In this document: positions 61,093 to 64,000 of the stretch, piece after piece
Numbering within the stretch: position 1 is the first letter of the stretch
Layout: every line of letters begins with the position of its first letter
Assembly (NCBI RefSeq): GCF_052425735.1
Contig: NC_135758.1
Span: 2,852,001-2,916,000, forward strand
Source: Oculina patagonica
Lineage: Eukaryota
Direction: 5' to 3'
Length of the DNA: 64,000 nt
Notes under the pieces: generated by a model
Told to the model about the DNA's origin: nothing
The model's database searches: none
Seen by the model: the letters and a program-made list of their open reading frames with translations, nothing else
Made by a program: the position numbers and the translations under genes

Positions 61093-63433
61093 AATAAAAC
61101 CAACTTAGCTATCGGAGTTGGCCTCTTGACCATTANNNNNNNNNNNNNNNNNNNNNNNNNNNNNNNNNNNNNNNNNNNNNNNNNNNNNNNNNNNNNNNNN
61201 NNNNNNNNNNNNNNNNNNNNNNNNNNNNNNNNNNNNNNNNNNNNNNNNNNNNNNNNNNNNNNNNNNNNNNNNNNNNNNNNNNNNNNNNNNNNNNNNNNNN
61301 NGTAGCTTTGTTCAAAAATTACAAATAATTGCACTTTTGTTTTTCACAAAAGCCGTCAATTACTATATTAAGAGTGTATCCATAAGAGGACCAGGCAACA
61401 GGTGATACAGCTCATATCACCGATTTCGCCCAAACTTAGCATAAATGTTGGGTATGGTGAGCTATTTACTGTGACAAAACATCAGCTCAAAGTATTTTAT
61501 TCCCTTCAAGTTATGGCACCTTTTGCAAAAATGGCCATTTTTCACTAATTTATGCATATTTAATTAGCTGACTTTGATTGACCAGTTCCACAAGAAAAAA
61601 AGGCTTCTGAAAATAAATTTCGCTGCATTATATTCTGTGGTTATTAGGCTTTAAGTACAATAATTCACTTCAACCGTCTGATTTGATTTCTTCTCCTCAA
61701 ACGGTCTTTTGGAAGGTACACATTTCGTACTGTTGGAAATAGCCTTTAACTAGTGCCCAATATCTCCCATGAGCAACAACTTATATACATTATTCTTACA
61801 TGGGTAATGAAATCCATCATTAAACTTCACAAAAATGCAACAAAATGTCTGGGGATTTCAATATTCTATTAGTATTGAGGAACTAAACACACGTGACTTA
61901 ACGATTTCTTGCTATTTCATCAAAATTCACCGAAACACAGAAGCCATTTATTTGCCTCAATTTGGCACAAAATCGGTACGAAATAGTTAATCAAGCATAA
62001 ATTTATAGATAACAATCAAAATATTGGCGAAGATTGGCAGTTAGGGCATTTTTCGGAGCGTTTTCAGAGCCATATAATTCGGCAATGTTGTGATAGTAAA
62101 TGTAAAAATAGCAGCGAAAGATTTTCTTCAAAACCTCGCTCAATTCAACATTTAGGCACATCAAAGTTAAGAAACAAGAAAGTAATACTACATACATGCC
62201 ACTTATCGACACACAGATGCTTTCTTTTGAAGAATTTGTTCTTCCTCGCTGCAATTCGATCCTTCGATCGATCTCAATTGACATGTACTGTTGCTTTGAG
62301 GCGCGATGAACTTAGCCAATACATCGTGGTTCATCCTTCGTGAAAGGTGTAAACAGGTTGTCAATAAAGTCATTCAAAGAGCTGTTTAAAGTTCACGGAA
62401 GGGCACTTGTCTCAGCCAGTTTGAATGAAATAAATTTAACTGGAAAATAAACAGCCGCCATGTTGTATTTGTACCTTTGAGCCTGCCGTTTCAGTCAGCG
62501 GTAAAGCCGTACACTTGGGCAAGTACGTAGTGTAGTCATCATATATTTGTTTGACTAAATCCTATATAGGGATGTTCATAGAGGGGATACATAGCCTAGC
62601 CCTACACAGCTATACACGCCTATACATAGCCCAACACAGCTATACACAGCTATACACACGCGTGTTCATTTGCTTTTCCTTCGCAAATGTTTGTTTTCGT
62701 CGGAATAAGTAGCGGATGGTGTTATCTACCCTCTGAACAACCGGGGCTTGATCTTAGCCTTGTAAGTAGTGTGCGTTTCTTGTAAAAGTGAGAATTTTTT
62801 TCAACTTCTCCATTGAATTTTTTTGATAAATAGTTGAAGAGAAATACACTGGATGCAGTGTAATGTATGCGATGCAATTGATGCTCTGAAATTGAGCTCT
62901 GAAATGTCGGAAACCATTAAATAATCAGAGCAAGTTTTTCCATCTTATATCAGGTTAAAACTAGTATGTTTATTGTTGTTTTTTTTGTTGTTTCTGTCTT
63001 TTTTGGGAGGTGGGGGAGGGGGTGAATATGGACATTCGACGAAATGGCGGTCAGGTTGTCAGCCTGGCCTGTGTACATCTATTCCTTCTGTTCAAATCGT
63101 CTATATTATATTACACTTTGGCAGCTAGGAGACTGAATTTGTACCCACTCTCTTTTTCGGGATCGCACAAAGTTCTCCATCTGTCCATTTACCGATAAAC
63201 GTCATTACTGCAGTTTTATTAATTTGTTTTATTAATTTGTTTTCCTCCTGAATGCCCACATTGCAAGTGTCGACGAAATGCGGCTTCAAATGATAATTTT
63301 CTTCATCACCGACTCAATTTAAGTGGCTATGTGAGTTACAAAGACGCGAATGCAGACTTTTGTAGAGAGCTTAAACCCCGCATTAAAACTAAACAAATTT
63401 ATTGTAAAACTAGGACTACGCAAGACGGCAAAA

Positions 63434-63952
63434 CTTATTAGCTAATGTTTCAACCAGCACAGGTAGCCTTCTCCAAGCTTGCTCGGGATCGTACTGGGCG
63501 AATATTGGCCCTCGGTCTTTTTTGTACGGACCTCGCTGCGCTCGATCCGTACTGTTAAGACCTCGGGCCAATATTCGCCCAGTACGGCCCTCGCGCGTGG
63601 TTAATAAGAGATTTATTTCACGACTGGAAACTTTGTGTATTAAGAATTGCTACCCGGTAGATGTCGTGGAAAACAATATGCGGCAAAACTTTTACGCGCG
63701 CCAAAGGAGTTAAAATTATTTCTGTGTTGAAGGTCATTTCATTTTCAAAGCAATAAAAACTCCGAAAAATTTTTACAAAAAGAAATCTTGCAAAAAATCT
63801 TGCGCTAAATCGCGCGGGAATTAGTGCGGGGTCATCTGGGACAAAACCCGGTCCAATACTTGGAAAATATCGGCCCTCGCGGGACCGGAAATAAAGTAAT
63901 CTGATTGGCTGATTTAGTTATTGGCCCTCGGACCGCCTTAGTCGTGTAATAA
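63434..63952. mobile_element. Fold-back non-autonomous element (A..A'B'..B layout)
   Basis: Hairpin to 63608 centred on CTCGCTGCGCTCG (63532-63544); 63613-63625 inverted to 63940-63952. Confidence 0.75.
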
Positions 63953-64000
63953 CTGTATATATTTGCTGCGCCATATAGACTGCGTCCCTAAAGGCATTTC

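Noticed and set aside
60567-61334. ORFs containing X runs
   Set aside because: They span assembly gaps
61369-62520. Possible TTAA-started DNA transposon
   Set aside because: No convincing matching right TIR or TSD could be identified by eye

Overview
Eukaryotic, intron-rich, AT-rich DNA, most likely a stony coral (anthozoan GFP-family gene, cnidarian-type SINEs/MITEs). Gene content in order: (1) the last 8 coding exons of an LRRK1-like Roco kinase (+), with a GC-AG intron and a ~390-aa disordered insert in the WD40 region; (2) a secreted ~888-aa MACPF protein (+) whose N-terminal domain looks like a catalytically degenerate AID/APOBEC-like (SNAD-type) deaminase and whose C-terminus is probably a beta-propeller, which is the most unusual item here; (3) a tandem cluster of three intact compact class A GPCRs plus one truncated pseudogene (+); (4) a complete 5-exon GFP-like gene with a CYG chromophore (-) and a pseudogenic exon-4 copy. 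Non-coding DNA carries many MITEs with clear TIRs/TSDs, tRNA-derived SINEs, a truncated CR1/L2-type LINE, a decayed Penelope-like element and minimal hammerhead-ribozyme motifs. It also carries at least four sequence-unrelated fold-back elements sharing an A..A'B'..B layout with opposed CGAG motifs. All homology calls are from motif recognition by eye; no database searches were run.
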